Positions 49,751 to 50,841 of a DNA stretch of 50,841 bases are shown here, piece by piece (position 1 is the first letter of the stretch; each line of letters starts with the position of its first letter). A program made the position numbers and the translations under genes. The DNA is taken from assembly GCA_020053375.1 (NCBI GenBank), contig JAGVNG010000005.1, forward strand, positions 1 to 50,841, given 5' to 3'. The notes below the pieces were generated by a model, which saw only the letters and a list, made by a program, of their open reading frames with translations, was not told where the DNA came from and made no database searches. The DNA is from Nanobdellota archaeon (GTDB lineage Archaea; Nanobdellota; Nanobdellia; Pacearchaeales; GW2011-AR1).

Positions 49751-50758
49751 ATGGCAAAAGGCGATGCGGATGAAAAGGTATCTGTTTCTGAAAGCAAAGA
49801 GCCAAAACTTACTGACCTCCCTGGAATAGGACCTGCTGTTTCTTCAAAACTTGAGTCTGCAGGGGTATATGATTTGATGACTCTTGCTGTAATGAGCCCA
49901 AGCGAGCTCGGAGATACTGCCGGAATAAGCCCTGCTGTTGCAAGGAAGGCAATTCAAGCTGCAAGAAAAATGCTTGACCTTGGTTTCACAGATGGATTGG
50001 AATTTGCGGAGAGGAGAAAGACAATAAATTATATTACAACTGGAAGCAAAAATCTGAATGAACTTCTTGGCGGAAAGGGAGTTGAAAGCAGAGCTGTTAC
50101 AGAAGCTTTTGGGGCTTATGGAAGTGGAAAAACTCAGTTAGGTTCAACACTTGCTGTTAATGTCCAATTGCCTATTGAAAGCGGAGGAGCAAATGGAAAA
50201 TGCGTATTCATAGATACGGAAGGAACATTCAGACCCGCAAGGATAAAACAAATAGCAGAGGGGCTTGGAGCCAATCCCGAGAAAGTGTTAAAGAATATTT
50301 TTGTTGCAAGAGCTTTTAATTCTGACCATCAGATGCTTTTGCTGGAAAAAGTTTCAGAGATGATTAAAAATGGAGAACCAATAAAACTTATCATAATAGA
50401 TTCTCTCACTGCACATTTCAGGGCAGAGTTTGCGGGAAGAGGACAGCTTGCAGACAGGCAGCAGAAATTGAATCGATATATGCACGACTTAATGAAACTT
50501 GCAGAATCAAATAATCTTGCAGTATATGTTACAAACCAGGTTATGGCAAATCCCGCGCAATTATTTGGAGACCCTACTACCGCTATAGGCGGGCATATCG
50601 TCGGGCATGCATCCACTTACAGAATATATCTGAGAAGGGGAAAGCAGAAATCAAGGGTTGCAAAACTGATAGACAGCCCAAATCTGCCGGATAACGAATG
50701 TATTTTCTTCGTAAGCGACAAGGGAGTAATTGATGGGGAAGATGTTGTATCCCGTTAA
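49751..50758 (+). CDS. radA: DNA repair and recombination protein RadA
   Basis: The N-terminal HhH is LTDLPGIGPAVSSKLESAG. Walker A is GAYGSGKTQ and Walker B is LIIIDS. The protein is collinear with RecA/Rad51-family RadA. Confidence 0.95.
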   Translation: MAKGDADEKVSVSESKEPKLTDLPGIGPAVSSKLESAGVYDLMTLAVMSPSELGDTAGISPAVARKAIQAARKMLDLGFTDGLEFAERRKTINYITTGSKNLNELLGGKGVESRAVTEAFGAYGSGKTQLGSTLAVNVQLPIESGGANGKCVFIDTEGTFRPARIKQIAEGLGANPEKVLKNIFVARAFNSDHQMLLLEKVSEMIKNGEPIKLIIIDSLTAHFRAEFAGRGQLADRQQKLNRYMHDLMKLAESNNLAVYVTNQVMANPAQLFGDPTTAIGGHIVGHASTYRIYLRRGKQKSRVAKLIDSPNLPDNECIFFVSDKGVIDGEDVVSR

Positions 50759-50841
50759 TATTTCCTAACGATATATTATTTCGGTTTTTCATTTCTTAAG
50801 TTTCCTTATGAAAGCTTGCGATGGCGTTTCAAGTTCATCAA

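Noticed and set aside
50583-50841. A 69-aa minus-strand ORF overlapping the end of radA, and a 12-codon minus-strand fragment at the right edge (50806..50841).
   Set aside because: The first is antisense to radA and has no motif. The second is too short to identify.

Overview
The window is an AT-rich, gene-dense archaeal chromosome segment. Many genes are coupled by ATGA-type start/stop overlaps. PolD (DP1+DP2), Orc1/Cdc6, RadA, aEF-1beta, Hef, RPA and class III (prepilin-type) signal peptides point to a small-genome, DPANN-like or euryarchaeal-grade archaeon. That taxonomic placement is an inference, not a demonstrated result.

Layout:
- (i) 1-8.5 kb is an accessory, mobile-looking region. 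It holds a truncated rve-type transposase tail, a DUF5678-like gene next to a frameshifted retropepsin-like protease, an AbrB-nucleotidyltransferase fusion, a XerA/XerC-like tyrosine recombinase, three direct copies of a serine-recombinase-like mini-module, several winged-helix proteins and small membrane proteins.
- (ii) 8.6-16.4 kb is a replication island. An AT-rich origin with an ORB-like dyad is followed by a tightly coupled orc1/cdc6 - PolD DP1 - 5'-deoxynucleotidase - Nudix - PolD DP2 operon.
- (iii) 16.4-35 kb holds housekeeping and envelope genes. These are a TctA/DUF112 permease, cysteine-rich secreted proteins, TyrRS, a DRG-like GTPase, an ArmA/Rmt(FmrO)-like 16S rRNA methyltransferase, an M16 peptidase, an agmatinase-family enzyme, ThpR, a split Hef and PRC-barrel proteins.
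- (iv) 35.5-46.7 kb is a large archaeal type IV pilus-like locus. It contains the secretion ATPase, an embedded MNT/HEPN module, a polytopic platform protein, at least eight pilin-like genes, several micro-ORFs encoding single-TM peptides, and a prepilin peptidase.
- (v) 46.7-50.8 kb holds a HIT-like protein, aEF-1beta, RPA, an Hjc-related nuclease and RadA.

I found no rRNA, tRNA or CRISPR array.

The most unusual signal is a 51-nt element at the 5' end of three tandem pilin-like genes. Its first 28 nt are identical in all three copies. It forms two adjacent palindromes, and the arms of the second change in a compensatory way between copies.

All family assignments come from motifs read directly in the translated ORFs and from remembered family signatures. 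No database search was run.
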